Shown here piece by piece: positions 18,137 through 31,360 of a stretch of DNA of 48,951 nucleotides (its first letter is position 1; each line of letters starts with the position of its first letter). The translations under genes and the position numbers were made by a program. The notes under the pieces were generated by a model, which saw nothing but the letters and a program-made list of their open reading frames with translations, did no database searches and was not told the origin of the DNA. The stretch is from Elusimicrobiota bacterium (GTDB taxonomy: Bacteria > Elusimicrobiota > Elusimicrobia > UBA1565): the NCBI GenBank assembly GCA_043827405.1, contig JBDRPD010000081.1, positions 1 through 48,951 of the forward strand, read 5' to 3'.

Positions 18137-19603
18137 CCGGCGCGGCAGGGAAGCGAGCGCCCGGCGTTCCGCCGCGGTGAAAAAGCCCGTCGCCAGCAGC
18201 AGCGCCGGCAGCAGCGCCAGCGCGCCCAGTCTCGCCGCGAACCAGGCGGCGGCGTTGGTCCCCGCGAAAGCCCCGCGCGCCGCGCAGACCGCCGCGAGCA
18301 TGACGGCCGTAATGACCAGCAGGTGGAAGAGCCGCGCGTACTCGTAGGGGATGGGATAGATGCGGCGGCCGATCAGGTAGAGGCACAGCGCCATCGCGGT
18401 ATAGGACGCGAATGTCGCCCAGGCCGCGCCCATCATGCCGAGCAGCGGGATCAGCAGAAAGTTGGCGGCGATATTTACCGCCGCCCCCAGAAACGTCACC
18501 CAGATCAGCAGCTCGGTTCGCTTGGTGAGCGTCACCGATGTCATGAAGTTGATGTAGGCGCCATGCAGGATATAGGCGGCCAGAACGACGGGTACGACCG
18601 GCAGGCCGCTCCAGTAGGCCGGGTGGATCAAGCTGACTCCACCCAGAGGCAGGCGCACGATGTCGCCGATGAACAGCGACAGCGCGGCGACGATTAGAAC
18701 CGAAGCGGTCAGAAAGTAGGTCAGGACCCGGGCGAAGACGGGCTTGGCGTCCTCATCTTTGGCCTTCTCAAGGAAGAAGGGGCGCCAAGCCTGGTCGAAC
18801 ATCGTCACGATCAGCATCATGAAAATGCCGAGGCGGTAGTTGGCCTGGTAGATGCCGACGGTCGCCTCGTCGGTCAGATGCTGCAGGATCGGACGGTCGA
18901 TGACCTGTACCATCATGGCGCCGATGCCGGCGGGTATAAACGGCAAGCCGAAGCGGAGGAGCTCGCGGTAGAGCTTAAAATCAAAGCACGCCCGCAGGCG
19001 CAGGGCGCAGACCGGAGCCAGCAGCACCAAGGATGCCGAAGACGCGAACAGCGCCGCAATAAGCACGCCTTCCACGCCCATCTTGAGAACGCCGAGGAAG
19101 AAGATGTTGCCCAGGACGTTGATCACGATGTGGAAGAACTTGATGCCCACGAAGGCCCATTTGCGGCGGCGCAGGCGCAGTTCCGCGAACGGCACAATGG
19201 TGATAGCGTCGAGCGCGAGGATCAGCGCGGCATAGCGGATGAGTGCGGCGTCGCCGGGACGGAGCGCCGTCAGGCGCGCGACCGGGGCCGCTCCCAGGAT
19301 CAGCAGCGCGGCGAAGGCCGCGGCGCTCGCCAGCAGCGACCACTGCGCGGTAGAGAAGCAGGCATCGGTTTTTGCCGGCGGCTGGTTGGCCGCGAAGCGC
19401 AGGTAGGCCTGGTCCATCCCATACTGGAAAACGGCGTTGGCAAAGGCGATGTAGGTGAAGACGATGGCGACGATGCCGTATTCTCCCGGCGCGAGGAAGT
19501 GGGTATAAAACGGCAGCAGGAGAAAGTTGAGCAGGCGTGCGGCCACGGTAGAGAGACCGTACACCAGCGTGTCCTTCCCCAGGGTCTTTAGGTCGCCCAG
19601 CAC
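18119..19603 (-). CDS. Oligosaccharide flippase (Wzx/MOP family)
   Basis: TLVYGL..FLLLPFYT.FL.P.EYG, DRPIL, VGIYQA; about 14 TM helices. Confidence 0.88.
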   Translation of the reverse strand: MLGDLKTLGKDTLVYGLSTVAARLLNFLLLPFYTHFLAPGEYGIVAIVFTYIAFANAVFQYGMDQAYLRFAANQPPAKTDACFSTAQWSLLASAAAFAALLILGAAPVARLTALRPGDAALIRYAALILALDAITIVPFAELRLRRRKWAFVGIKFFHIVINVLGNIFFLGVLKMGVEGVLIAALFASSASLVLLAPVCALRLRACFDFKLYRELLRFGLPFIPAGIGAMMVQVIDRPILQHLTDEATVGIYQANYRLGIFMMLIVTMFDQAWRPFFLEKAKDEDAKPVFARVLTYFLTASVLIVAALSLFIGDIVRLPLGGVSLIHPAYWSGLPVVPVVLAAYILHGAYINFMTSVTLTKRTELLIWVTFLGAAVNIAANFLLIPLLGMMGAAWATFASYTAMALCLYLIGRRIYPIPYEYARLFHLLVITAVMLAAVCAARGAFAGTNAAAWFAARLGALALLPALLLATGFFTAAERRALASLPRRLLRLV

Positions 19604-19691
19604 GGTGCGAGTTTAGCAAATTCCTTTTTTATCATAAGGTATAATGCGGCGCCGGTTGGGCATTATACGCCGCGATGCGTTTCTGTCTTTC

Positions 19692-21371
19692 ATGGGGAAA
19701 AGAAATAAGAAGAAGCGCCGAGTCCGGGCGGAGGCGGCGCCTGTCGCGGATGCGCCCAGCGCCTTCTGGCGGCACCCCGAGCTGTGCATTTTCCTCGCCG
19801 CTCTCGCGGTGCGCTTCGTCCACCTGCTGTACTATCGCGGCGACTTCTGGCTGCGGACGCCCCTGCTCGACGATAATATCTTCGTCTCTTGGGCGCATAC
19901 GATCGAGCTGGAGGGCTGGCTGGCGCGCAGTCTCGGGGCTTTCCATCTTAACCCCGCCTATCCTTACTTTCTGGCAGCGCTGGGCAAGACGGTCGGCCGC
20001 GGCGTCATGCTGGTGTTCTCACTGCAGCATGTCGCGGGTGCGGTGGCGCCGGTTTTCCTTTACCGTTTGGGGCTGCGCGCGTTCGGGCGCAAGACCGCCG
20101 TCTGTGCGGCGGTCATCGGCGCGCTTTACGGCCCGGCGATATTCTACGAGTCGAGGTTCCTCGGTGAGTTCTGGATATACTTTTTCAACCTCGCTTCCCT
20201 GCTGGCGCTGAGCCGCGCTCGCGACGGCAAGCTCCCAGAAGCCGGCTGGGCCCTGTCCGGGCTGGCCCTGGGTTTCTCCGCCGTCCTGCGGCCCAACAGC
20301 CTTGTTCTCCTGCCGCTCGTGCTGGCCTGGGGCCTGTGGAGCCTGCGCGACCGGCGCCGCCGTATTCTGCCCTGCGCGCTGCTCTACCTCATTTGCCTAT
20401 GGCTGCCGCTGCTGCCGTTTCAGCTGCGCAACCGCGCCGTGGACCCCGCGCGCGGCTGGGGGCTGACTACCGCAAGCGGCGGCGTCAACCTGTACCTCGG
20501 CAACAACCCCGAGGCCGACGGGCTCAATAAAGCGCCGTCCTTTATCCGCTATGGACCCGGCCACCAGTATCAGGACTTCAAGGAAGAGGCCGAGCGGCGG
20601 GCGGGAAAGGCCCTCAGCCCGGAAGAAGTGTCGCGCTATTGGACGCGGCAGACCGGGAAATGGTTCGTTCAGCGGCCGGGCGCGGCGGCGACGCTGATGT
20701 GGAGGAAAGCCGGGTTCTTCTGGAACTACGCCGAGCCTCCGGATAACTTCTTCCCCTCCATTTTTCAACGCTTTACCAAGATCGGCATGCTGCCGCTGAT
20801 TTCGTGGGGGCTGGTGGCGCCGCTGGGTTTGGCCGGATTGCTGTGGAGCCTGCGGCGCCGGGAGGCGCGCAGCTTCTGGCTGCTGCACGGCTATGTGCTG
20901 GCGTATTTCGCGGTGAATGTTCTCTTCTATATTCTGTCGCGGTATCGCTTTCCGGCCGCCGCCGGCCTGATTCTCTTCGCCGCCTATGCGCTGGTCCGGC
21001 TGTACGCCGGCGTTAAAAGCCGCTCCTTCGCCAAGGCCGCGGCGCTTTTCCTCTTATGTCTGGGCTGCGTCGGCTTCTCCCATCAGCGCCTGATCGGCGA
21101 GGAGGATATGGGCGTTTCCCATTACAGCATGGCCGTCATCTATGCCAATAAGGGCTGGGAGGAGCAGGCCGTCGAGGAGTACCGGAAATCGATCGCCGCC
21201 GACCCGACGTTCAAGGCTTCCTACCTAAACCTCGGCATCCTGGAAGCCAAACGCGGCAACGTCGATAATGCCGTGCGGGCGCTGACGGGCGCGCTGCCGC
21301 TGGAGCGGGATCCGGCGCGCCGGAAGCTGATTCAGGAGAACATCAACCGCTTGCGCCTGAGCGGGCCGTGA
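19692..21371 (+). CDS. GT-C fold glycosyltransferase (PMT/ArnT-like) with C-terminal TPR
   Basis: LLDD in the first loop, PAYPYFLA, RPN, NLYLGNNPEADG, RYRFP, TPR tail. Confidence 0.8.
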   Translation: MGKRNKKKRRVRAEAAPVADAPSAFWRHPELCIFLAALAVRFVHLLYYRGDFWLRTPLLDDNIFVSWAHTIELEGWLARSLGAFHLNPAYPYFLAALGKTVGRGVMLVFSLQHVAGAVAPVFLYRLGLRAFGRKTAVCAAVIGALYGPAIFYESRFLGEFWIYFFNLASLLALSRARDGKLPEAGWALSGLALGFSAVLRPNSLVLLPLVLAWGLWSLRDRRRRILPCALLYLICLWLPLLPFQLRNRAVDPARGWGLTTASGGVNLYLGNNPEADGLNKAPSFIRYGPGHQYQDFKEEAERRAGKALSPEEVSRYWTRQTGKWFVQRPGAAATLMWRKAGFFWNYAEPPDNFFPSIFQRFTKIGMLPLISWGLVAPLGLAGLLWSLRRREARSFWLLHGYVLAYFAVNVLFYILSRYRFPAAAGLILFAAYALVRLYAGVKSRSFAKAAALFLLCLGCVGFSHQRLIGEEDMGVSHYSMAVIYANKGWEEQAVEEYRKSIAADPTFKASYLNLGILEAKRGNVDNAVRALTGALPLERDPARRKLIQENINRLRLSGP

Positions 21372-21397
21372 AGCTACACTAGCTTGGAGGTTTTGCC

Positions 21398-22288
21398 ATG
21401 AATATGAAAAAGATTTTCCCGCTGGTTTTCGCACTTTCCTGTCTGGTCCCCGCCGTCCGGGCCGCGGACAAGGAGGAATCGCCGGACTGGGACGCCCGCC
21501 TCACGGAAGTCGAGGGCGACGTCAAGGTCTATCTCGCCGGCAGCGACGACGAGGAGGGGATCGAGGCGGAGCCGGGCATGCCGTTGTCGAAGGGTGATCG
21601 CGTCAAGACCGGCGATAACGGGCGCGCCGAGATCGCCATGGCGGAGGACAATGCCCTGCAGCTCGGCTCCCGGTCGGTGCTGCGGTTCATGGGCCTGCGC
21701 AAGCAGGACACTTTTCTCGGCCTGGATTTCGGCCACCTGGTGGCCAAGGCCAAGCTGCTGGTCCGGCGCCGCTACCGCGTCCGTACCCCGACCTCGGTCA
21801 CGGCCGTCCGCGGTACGGAGTTCGGCATCGAGGTCGTTGATGACGGCGAGGCGACGCCCAAGACGGTCATCGGTGTTTTCGACGAAGGGCAGGTGGCGGT
21901 CAGCGGGCTCGACGAAGCCGGCGGCGAAGAGCGCGTGCTGGGAGCGGGCGAGGAGATGGATGTGCTGCTGGGCGGCGCTCCCGGGGAGCCGCGCAAGCTG
22001 ACCTTCCTCAAGCGTCGGGAGGAGCACCTGCGTCAGCTGCTCGCCCGGCGCGACCAGCGCCGCGAGCAGTTCAAGAAATACCGGCGGCAGAACCGCGAGC
22101 GCATGCGCCGCAAGCTGGAGAAGAAGCGCGATAAGATTCGCCAGAAGCGGCAGGATATGCGCGAGGACATAGACAAGGAGCGCCGCGGGATGAAGGGACG
22201 CGGCTCGCAGCGGCTGGAGGATATGCGCCGCAAGCGCGACGGCATGCGCCAGGGGATGCGCGACGACAAGGACAAGAAGCGCCGGTAA
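21398..22288 (+). CDS. FecR-domain secreted protein with charged coiled-coil tail
   Basis: GDRVKTG, TPTSVTAVRGTEF, VFDEGQV. Confidence 0.8.
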   Translation: MNMKKIFPLVFALSCLVPAVRAADKEESPDWDARLTEVEGDVKVYLAGSDDEEGIEAEPGMPLSKGDRVKTGDNGRAEIAMAEDNALQLGSRSVLRFMGLRKQDTFLGLDFGHLVAKAKLLVRRRYRVRTPTSVTAVRGTEFGIEVVDDGEATPKTVIGVFDEGQVAVSGLDEAGGEERVLGAGEEMDVLLGGAPGEPRKLTFLKRREEHLRQLLARRDQRREQFKKYRRQNRERMRRKLEKKRDKIRQKRQDMREDIDKERRGMKGRGSQRLEDMRRKRDGMRQGMRDDKDKKRR

Positions 22289-22302
22289 ACTCTTCTTCCG
22301 GT

Positions 22303-22336
22303 AAAAAGAAGCGCCCCCTTTCGGGGGCGCTTTTTT
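22303..22336. terminator. Bidirectional intrinsic terminator
   Basis: AAGCGCCCCC-TTTC-GGGGGCGCTT flanked by A and T tracts between convergent genes. Confidence 0.9.
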
Positions 22337-22353
22337 GCTGAATTGCGGCCGGC

Positions 22354-22917
22354 TTATTTTTCCATCTGGGCCATGCGGTCGAAAGCGGCCTCGGCGTTCT
22401 TGCGGATATGCGCCTTGACATCTTCCGACAGCTTATTGGACTTCTCCAGCAGGTTCTTGAAGGCGTCCATATCGAGCTTGGCCAGAGCGTAGTAGGTCTT
22501 CGTCTCGTGGTCGGTCCAGTGGTTGACGATCGTTACGCCGCTCAGGCTCACCTGGGCGAACGTTTTGATCGAGTTCTCGATAAGCTGCTCCTCGTCGCTG
22601 ACCTCGCCGCCCGCGTTGATCGAGGACGCGTAGTCGCGCATGAGCTGAGTCGACATGACCTGGATGGTCTTGCCGATATCGGCGATCGCGCGGTTGTCCA
22701 CGGCTTGGCGCGCCAGCCCGACGTTGCGCACGCCGGACAGGATGCCGACGCCGTACAGGACGCGCTTGTCGCCCTCGTCGTTGAAGGCTCCGCCCCCACG
22801 GTCGATCCATTCCGGCTGCTTCTTTCCCGACGTTGTGTTCTTGTAGGCACCGCCGCAGCCGGCCATAATCCCGCCCGCCAGTACCAGGCACATCATGCTA
22901 AGTGCGTATCGTCTCAT
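22354..22917 (-). CDS. LPP20-like lipoprotein
   Basis: Lipobox MAGC, PEWI, YGVG, DNRA, YYALAKLD. Confidence 0.75.
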   Translation of the reverse strand: MRRYALSMMCLVLAGGIMAGCGGAYKNTTSGKKQPEWIDRGGGAFNDEGDKRVLYGVGILSGVRNVGLARQAVDNRAIADIGKTIQVMSTQLMRDYASSINAGGEVSDEEQLIENSIKTFAQVSLSGVTIVNHWTDHETKTYYALAKLDMDAFKNLLEKSNKLSEDVKAHIRKNAEAAFDRMAQMEK

Positions 22918-22930
22918 GGTCCCCCTCTCC

Positions 22931-23997
22931 TTACTTCTTATATATTGTGAAACCCGTCTTATCGTCGACCCATTCCGCTTCGCAGGTGCTGAGCCGGCGC
23001 ATCAGTTCTAAAAACGTTCCCGTCCCCCGCGTCTCCGACTGCGCATGGCCGCCTTGCCGTTCGCCCTTGCCCGTGAGCACCGCCTCGGGAAGAGGCTCCT
23101 TCGCCGCGATTACCCGGATCATCTCGGCCGATACTTCGGCGCCTTCCGGCAACTGCGCCGTGATGCGCAGCCCCAACGAGCGCTTCATCTCCTCCGTGGG
23201 GAACACGAAGCGCTTGCCCGCCTCGAGCCGGTTGTCCTTAAAGTATACATTAGGAAACATCAGCGAAGCGTTCCAATCCATATCCACGTTGTAGAGATAG
23301 ATGTAGGATTCGCGTGAAGCGGTAACGCCGATCTCGGCTTCGTCGCCGACGACGAACCGCCCGCGGTTAAGCGTTAGTTCCACCCGGAAGCCCTTGTCGG
23401 CCTGGTCCTGCAGCGGCACGATGCAGGTGCGGATATGCGCCGCGTACATGCAGCCTGTGCAGTCGGCGAGGTCTTTGGGGCCGTGTGAGAGGATATTCTC
23501 TTTCAGTACCCGGCCGTGCTGGGTCGCGCGCAGGAGGTTCTCGGTGAGGCCGACTTCTCCCTTGAGCCCCTCCTGCTGGAAATCGAAGGTCTGATGGCTG
23601 AGCGTGACGCCGAGAAATTTCTGCATGGCCATTGAGCGGGCCTGCGCAACGGCTCGGGCCTTGGCTTGATGACGCGTATCGGTCTCGCCGAAGGAAACCG
23701 TGGCCGCCGATTCCACCCAGCTGCAGCCGGCGGCGTCCTTCTTGAGGACTTTTACCGTGTCGTCGTCGCCCGGTTGCTCTTCCTCCGCCGCGGCCGCAGC
23801 GGGTTCGGGCTTGGCGGCTTCCGCGGCGGGCGCGGCGGCCGGCCGTCCGGCCTCGGCGTTTCCCAGCGCCTGCATTTTCCCGTTCAGCCGTTGTGCCGCG
23901 CTCGGTCCGGCGGCGCGGGGTCCGGGCTGCGGCCGGCTTCCTCCGCAGGCGGCGCCCAGCGTCAAGAGAACGGCGCTCAGGCAGCAGGCGATCGGCT

Positions 23998-24013
<16 letters not shown>
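22931..24013 (-). CDS. Lipoprotein with DUF4384-like domain
   Basis: Lipobox GAAC; VGDEAEI..YIYLYN...LMFPN motif. Confidence 0.7.
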
Positions 24014-27246
<3,233 letters not shown>

Positions 27247-27274
<28 letters not shown>

Positions 27275-28479
27275 CGCCGGCGCTGCTTCTGGGAGCGCTC
27301 TTTCTGCGGCCGGGCTTCGCTGCGGCCCTGTTCGACGCCGGCGAGCTCGACGCTTTGGAGACGGAGCCGCTCTTCGACTCCGAATACTTCCTCGACCTGC
27401 GCGGCTTCTCCTACCCCATGGAGTGGGATGAGCTATGGGCGGATACGCCGGGCGTCGGCTACCGGGTCAACAGCGCCAGTCTCGACCGCAGCGATCTTTT
27501 CATCGAGCAGGAGGCGCGCATCCCGCAGCGTCTCAATGACTGGATGGCTTTTCGCTACGACCTCGAGCATCGGGGCGACAAAGATACCGTTAATCTGCAC
27601 AACTGGATCAACCTGATCTTCGGCCCGTTTCGGAATTTTACCTTCGCATTATTTGGTGAGCCGCAGTTCGCTAAAGAGGACGCCGACATCGGCCTGCGCA
27701 CGGCCTATGCCTTTGGTGATAAGGGGTCGTTCTACGTCGGCGCCAATGCGGTGGACTTCAACTTCAACAAGCGCGGGCGCACCACCCAGCGCTACGACAA
27801 GAGGCCGTATACGTATATGCTCGGCGGCGACCTAAGTCTGCTCGGCGGGTCCTTGAGCGCCGATGCCGAGTTCGACACGCCGCTGGTCCGGCGCGTGCCC
27901 GATACAAACCGCATCTACAAGTATCGCAGCAGCCGGCTGAGCCTGGCGTGGAAGGGACCGCTGGCGGGCTGGAACACGCGCGTGGGCTACGTCTACGGCT
28001 TTAAGCGTGAGAGCGATAATTTCTCGCCCGATCCGCTGTTTAAGACGCTGGAGTTTCATCGCGGGGTGCATATGCTGAGCGCGGTCGCCGGCCGTCCTTG
28101 GGGCGATAAAAACCTTTTCGAGGCCGGTGCGGATTTAATGATGCGGCGCGCGCGAGCGGATTACCCGGGGGCTCCGCTCGCTTGCAGCGGCTATACGCGC
28201 TGGGAGTTCATGCCTTATGGGCGCTGGCGGCGGGAAGTGAAGCCCTGGCTGACGGGCGAGGCGGCGCTGTTTTTGAGCTTCGGCGAGCGGCGGCGAATCT
28301 ACGACGCGGACGCCGTGGTCAGCGAGACCGATAACGTCGTCGAGGCCAAGCTCGGCCTCGGGCCGGACTTTGTTTTCGCTCCGGGCTCGCGCCTCGCTTT
28401 GTACGCCACCTTTGACCTTGACGACGCCGGCCGCCATATTTGGGACGGCGGCAATATCCGGGCGATCTTCCTGTTTTAG
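27247..28479 (+). CDS. Probable outer-membrane beta-barrel protein
   Basis: Signal peptide, aromatic amphipathic strands, terminal Phe. Confidence 0.6.
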
Positions 28480-28781
28480 AGCGGAATACCGGCTTTGCCG
28501 CGCAGGTCGCTGCATGCCTGACATCCGGGTTCGAACCATCGGCATAGGGTAGGCCGTACTTCGTGGTGCCTGCACTTGCCGGAATCGAGCTCCAGCCAGA
28601 GACAGGGATGGGAACTCCGGTAGCGAGCGCTGTGAGCGTAGGCGTCGATTTCCCGCAGGAGCTCGTCCGGCGCCTTTACCAGCTCATTGGCATCGAATGG
28701 CGGAAGTGAAAAAGCCAAGCAGCAGATTCCGCAGTCGGCGCATAAATTCTTCGCGGGGCCGGACGAATGTGATGCGGTCAT
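28476..28781 (-). CDS. YkgJ family cysteine-cluster protein
   Basis: CADCGICC, CLWL, C..HE.RPTLCR.F. Confidence 0.85.
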   Translation of the reverse strand: MTASHSSGPAKNLCADCGICCLAFSLPPFDANELVKAPDELLREIDAYAHSARYRSSHPCLWLELDSGKCRHHEVRPTLCRWFEPGCQACSDLRGKAGIPL

Positions 28782-29509
28782 TCGACCGCTTTGGCGCAGC
28801 GCCCGCGCAGCGGGCAGCGCGGGCAGAAGGCGGTGTTGGGGACGGGCGTATTCTCGGCCGACATCTCGTCGGCGGCCTTTATGAGCAGGGCCTTGAGCTC
28901 CTCGTCGCCGGAGGCGTCGCAGGGGGCGGAGACCTTGCTCCCCTGCGCGACATAGTAGAAGGACATCCAGGCGGGCTCGAGCTTGAGGCTTGCACGCGCG
29001 GCGAAGGCGTAGATGCGCAGCTGCAGATCGGCCGCGGTCTCTTCCGCGGTCGCGATGTTGAGGTGCGTCTTGTAGTCGATGATCTCGTAAGTCCCGTCCG
29101 GGCGCTGGTCGATGCGGTCGATCTTGCCCCGGATGCGGTGGCTGCCGAGCGGGAAGCCGAACTCGCGCTCCACGCAGACGATGCGGGAGGCGCTCTTCGA
29201 CTCGGCCGCCCAGTAGGTCCGCAGGATGGCCTCGCCTTTGCGGTGGTACTCCAGCTGTTCCTGCGGGGTGCCGAAGCCCGCATGCACCCAGCGGTCCTCG
29301 TAGGCGTCCAAGAGGCTCTCCAGGTCCTTTCCCTTCGCGGCATGGAAGGTTTCCAGGGCGCCGTGGATCGAGACGCCGAGGGCCGAGGGCGGCGTGGGGG
29401 CGCTGCGCATATTATCGATGTAGCGCAGGCGGTGGAGCCAGGGACAGTCGATATAGGCCCGCAGCTGCGAGAAGCTGAGCTCCATCCCCCAGGGGTGCGA
29501 TTCGCTCAT
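28778..29509 (-). CDS. PD-(D/E)XK nuclease (RecB/AddB/Cas4-like)
   Basis: SFSQL..Y..CP, G..IH, GKIDRID, IIDYKT, QLRIY, CPRCPLRGRC. Confidence 0.88.
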   Translation of the reverse strand: MSESHPWGMELSFSQLRAYIDCPWLHRLRYIDNMRSAPTPPSALGVSIHGALETFHAAKGKDLESLLDAYEDRWVHAGFGTPQEQLEYHRKGEAILRTYWAAESKSASRIVCVEREFGFPLGSHRIRGKIDRIDQRPDGTYEIIDYKTHLNIATAEETAADLQLRIYAFAARASLKLEPAWMSFYYVAQGSKVSAPCDASGDEELKALLIKAADEMSAENTPVPNTAFCPRCPLRGRCAKAVE

Positions 29510-30084
29510 CGCTGCTGGAAGAAGGACATGATGGTGTCGCCGTAGCGCATAGTGCGGAAGCGCTTGAGGACGGTCTTGCCCAGATCTTCGGTCTTATGGT
29601 GCTGGCAGATCACCCAGCCGTTGGCCGCCAGGATGCCCCCCGCGGCGAGATGGTTGAGGACCGGATTGCTGTAGGCGAGCATCTTGTTGTTCTCGTCGCG
29701 ATACGGCGGTCCGAGGAATACCAGGTCGAAGGCTTCCACGCCGGCGCGGTGGGCCGTCCAGCTCAGCGGTCCGAGCACGTTGCCGCGCAGGACCGAGGCC
29801 TTGTCCTCCCACTGCAGGCGTGCCAGGTTCTTGGCGACGACCTTGAGGCAGCGCGGATCTTTCTCAACAAAGCAGACTTTCAGGGCGCCGCGCGAGAGCG
29901 CCTCGAGGCCCACCGCCCCGGTCCCCGCGAAGAGGTCGAGAAAGTATGAGCCGGTGATTCGCGGCTTGAGTACGTCGAAGAGGGACTGGCGCATGCGGCC
30001 CGAAATGGGGCGCACCATGATGTCCTTGGGCGTCGTCAGGATGCTGCGGCCGCGGGCGGTACCGGCGATAATCTTCATTGCCAT
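29506..30084 (-). CDS. rsmD: 16S rRNA m2G966 methyltransferase
   Basis: MKIIAG..RGR, VRP, LDLFAGTGAVGLEALSRGA, PPY, YGDT. Confidence 0.92.
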   Translation of the reverse strand: MAMKIIAGTARGRSILTTPKDIMVRPISGRMRQSLFDVLKPRITGSYFLDLFAGTGAVGLEALSRGALKVCFVEKDPRCLKVVAKNLARLQWEDKASVLRGNVLGPLSWTAHRAGVEAFDLVFLGPPYRDENNKMLAYSNPVLNHLAAGGILAANGWVICQHHKTEDLGKTVLKRFRTMRYGDTIMSFFQQR

Positions 30085-30111
30085 GATGGTGAATATTATA
30101 GAATAGCGCCG

Positions 30112-31359
30112 ATGGCGGTAGAAATCATTATCGTCGACGATGATCCGTTGGTCGGCGGCTTATCCAACGATCTGCTCAACGATGCGGGCTATTCCACCCA
30201 GCTGATCCGTGACAGCAACCTGGTGATGGATACGGTGAAAGCCGCGAAGCCCAAGCTGATGGTCCTCGATATCCTCATGCCCGGCATCGACGGGCTGACC
30301 TTGCTCTATACCATCAAGAACGATCCTGAGCTCAAGGACATTAAGTGCATCGTGGTTTCAGGCAAGAGCTTCGCCCCCGAGATCGAGCGCGCCAAGGAGT
30401 ACGGCGCCGAGCTCTTCATTGAGAAGCCTTATGACATCAAGCAGTTCGCGGCTCAGGTCAAAGAGCTGATCGGCGCGCCCGCGCAAGCTCCCGCGGGCGG
30501 CAGCGCGGTGGAAAAGGGGACCACCCCCGAGCATACGGAAGACAAGCAGGTTCGCTTCCAGGTCTGGGGCAACAGCGAGCCGGACTCCACCGCCGTGGTT
30601 TCCATGGAGGCGCTCGACACCATCTTTATTTTCGACGCCGGCAGGGGCATTATCCCGCTCGGTGAATCGATCATGCAAGAGGGCAAGTACAAGGTCCTAT
30701 GGCTGATGCTTTCGCATTTTCATCCCGACCATATCAGCGGTCTCGGGCTGTTTCCCCCCCTGCGGGCCGAGGGCTACGAGATTCATGTCGTCGGTCCCAA
30801 GGAGCCGCATATCAATTTGACCGGCGTTCTTAATGACGAGATCAAGAAGTCCTATGCCGTCAACCGCGAACCGATCAAGGCGAAGCTCCGGCTGCATCAG
30901 ATTCAGGAGGACAGCTACGAACTGCGGGCCGGCCTGCGCGTCTCGCCGTTTTATGCCAACCATCCGACCACGACCATGGGCTATCTGCTGCAGTTCGCCG
31001 GCCGCCGCATCGTTTTTTGCCCGGACAGCGAGATCTACGGCGACTCGGCGACGGCGCTGCAGGACTACGACGAGAAGATCGGCCGCATCTGCATGGGCGC
31101 GGACCTGCTGATTCACGATGCCCGCTATACCGACGAGGATTATGCCGGACACAAGAACGAGGGGCATTCCTGTCTCACCAGCACCGTCGAGTTCGCCGCC
31201 GAGCGCGAGATCGAGCGGCTCATCCTGTTCCACTACGACCCTTCCTACGACGAGACGAAGCTCGAGGCGATGCAGAAGCAGGCGGCCGAGCTTTTGGATG
31301 AAAAAGGCTCCGTCATCGAGTGCCATGTCGCCCGCGACGGTCTGATTCTGGAATTCTGA
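30112..31359 (+). CDS. Receiver domain fused to an MBL-fold metallohydrolase
   Basis: REC motifs VDDD, LDILMP and KPY; MBL motifs FDAGRG, SHFHPDH, NHP, HDARY, GHS and FHYDP. Confidence 0.85.
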   Translation: MAVEIIIVDDDPLVGGLSNDLLNDAGYSTQLIRDSNLVMDTVKAAKPKLMVLDILMPGIDGLTLLYTIKNDPELKDIKCIVVSGKSFAPEIERAKEYGAELFIEKPYDIKQFAAQVKELIGAPAQAPAGGSAVEKGTTPEHTEDKQVRFQVWGNSEPDSTAVVSMEALDTIFIFDAGRGIIPLGESIMQEGKYKVLWLMLSHFHPDHISGLGLFPPLRAEGYEIHVVGPKEPHINLTGVLNDEIKKSYAVNREPIKAKLRLHQIQEDSYELRAGLRVSPFYANHPTTTMGYLLQFAGRRIVFCPDSEIYGDSATALQDYDEKIGRICMGADLLIHDARYTDEDYAGHKNEGHSCLTSTVEFAAEREIERLILFHYDPSYDETKLEAMQKQAAELLDEKGSVIECHVARDGLILEF

Positions 31360-31360
31360 C

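Noticed and set aside
28778..29509. CRISPR-Cas locus around the Cas4-like nuclease
   Set aside because: No other cas genes or repeat-spacer array in the window.
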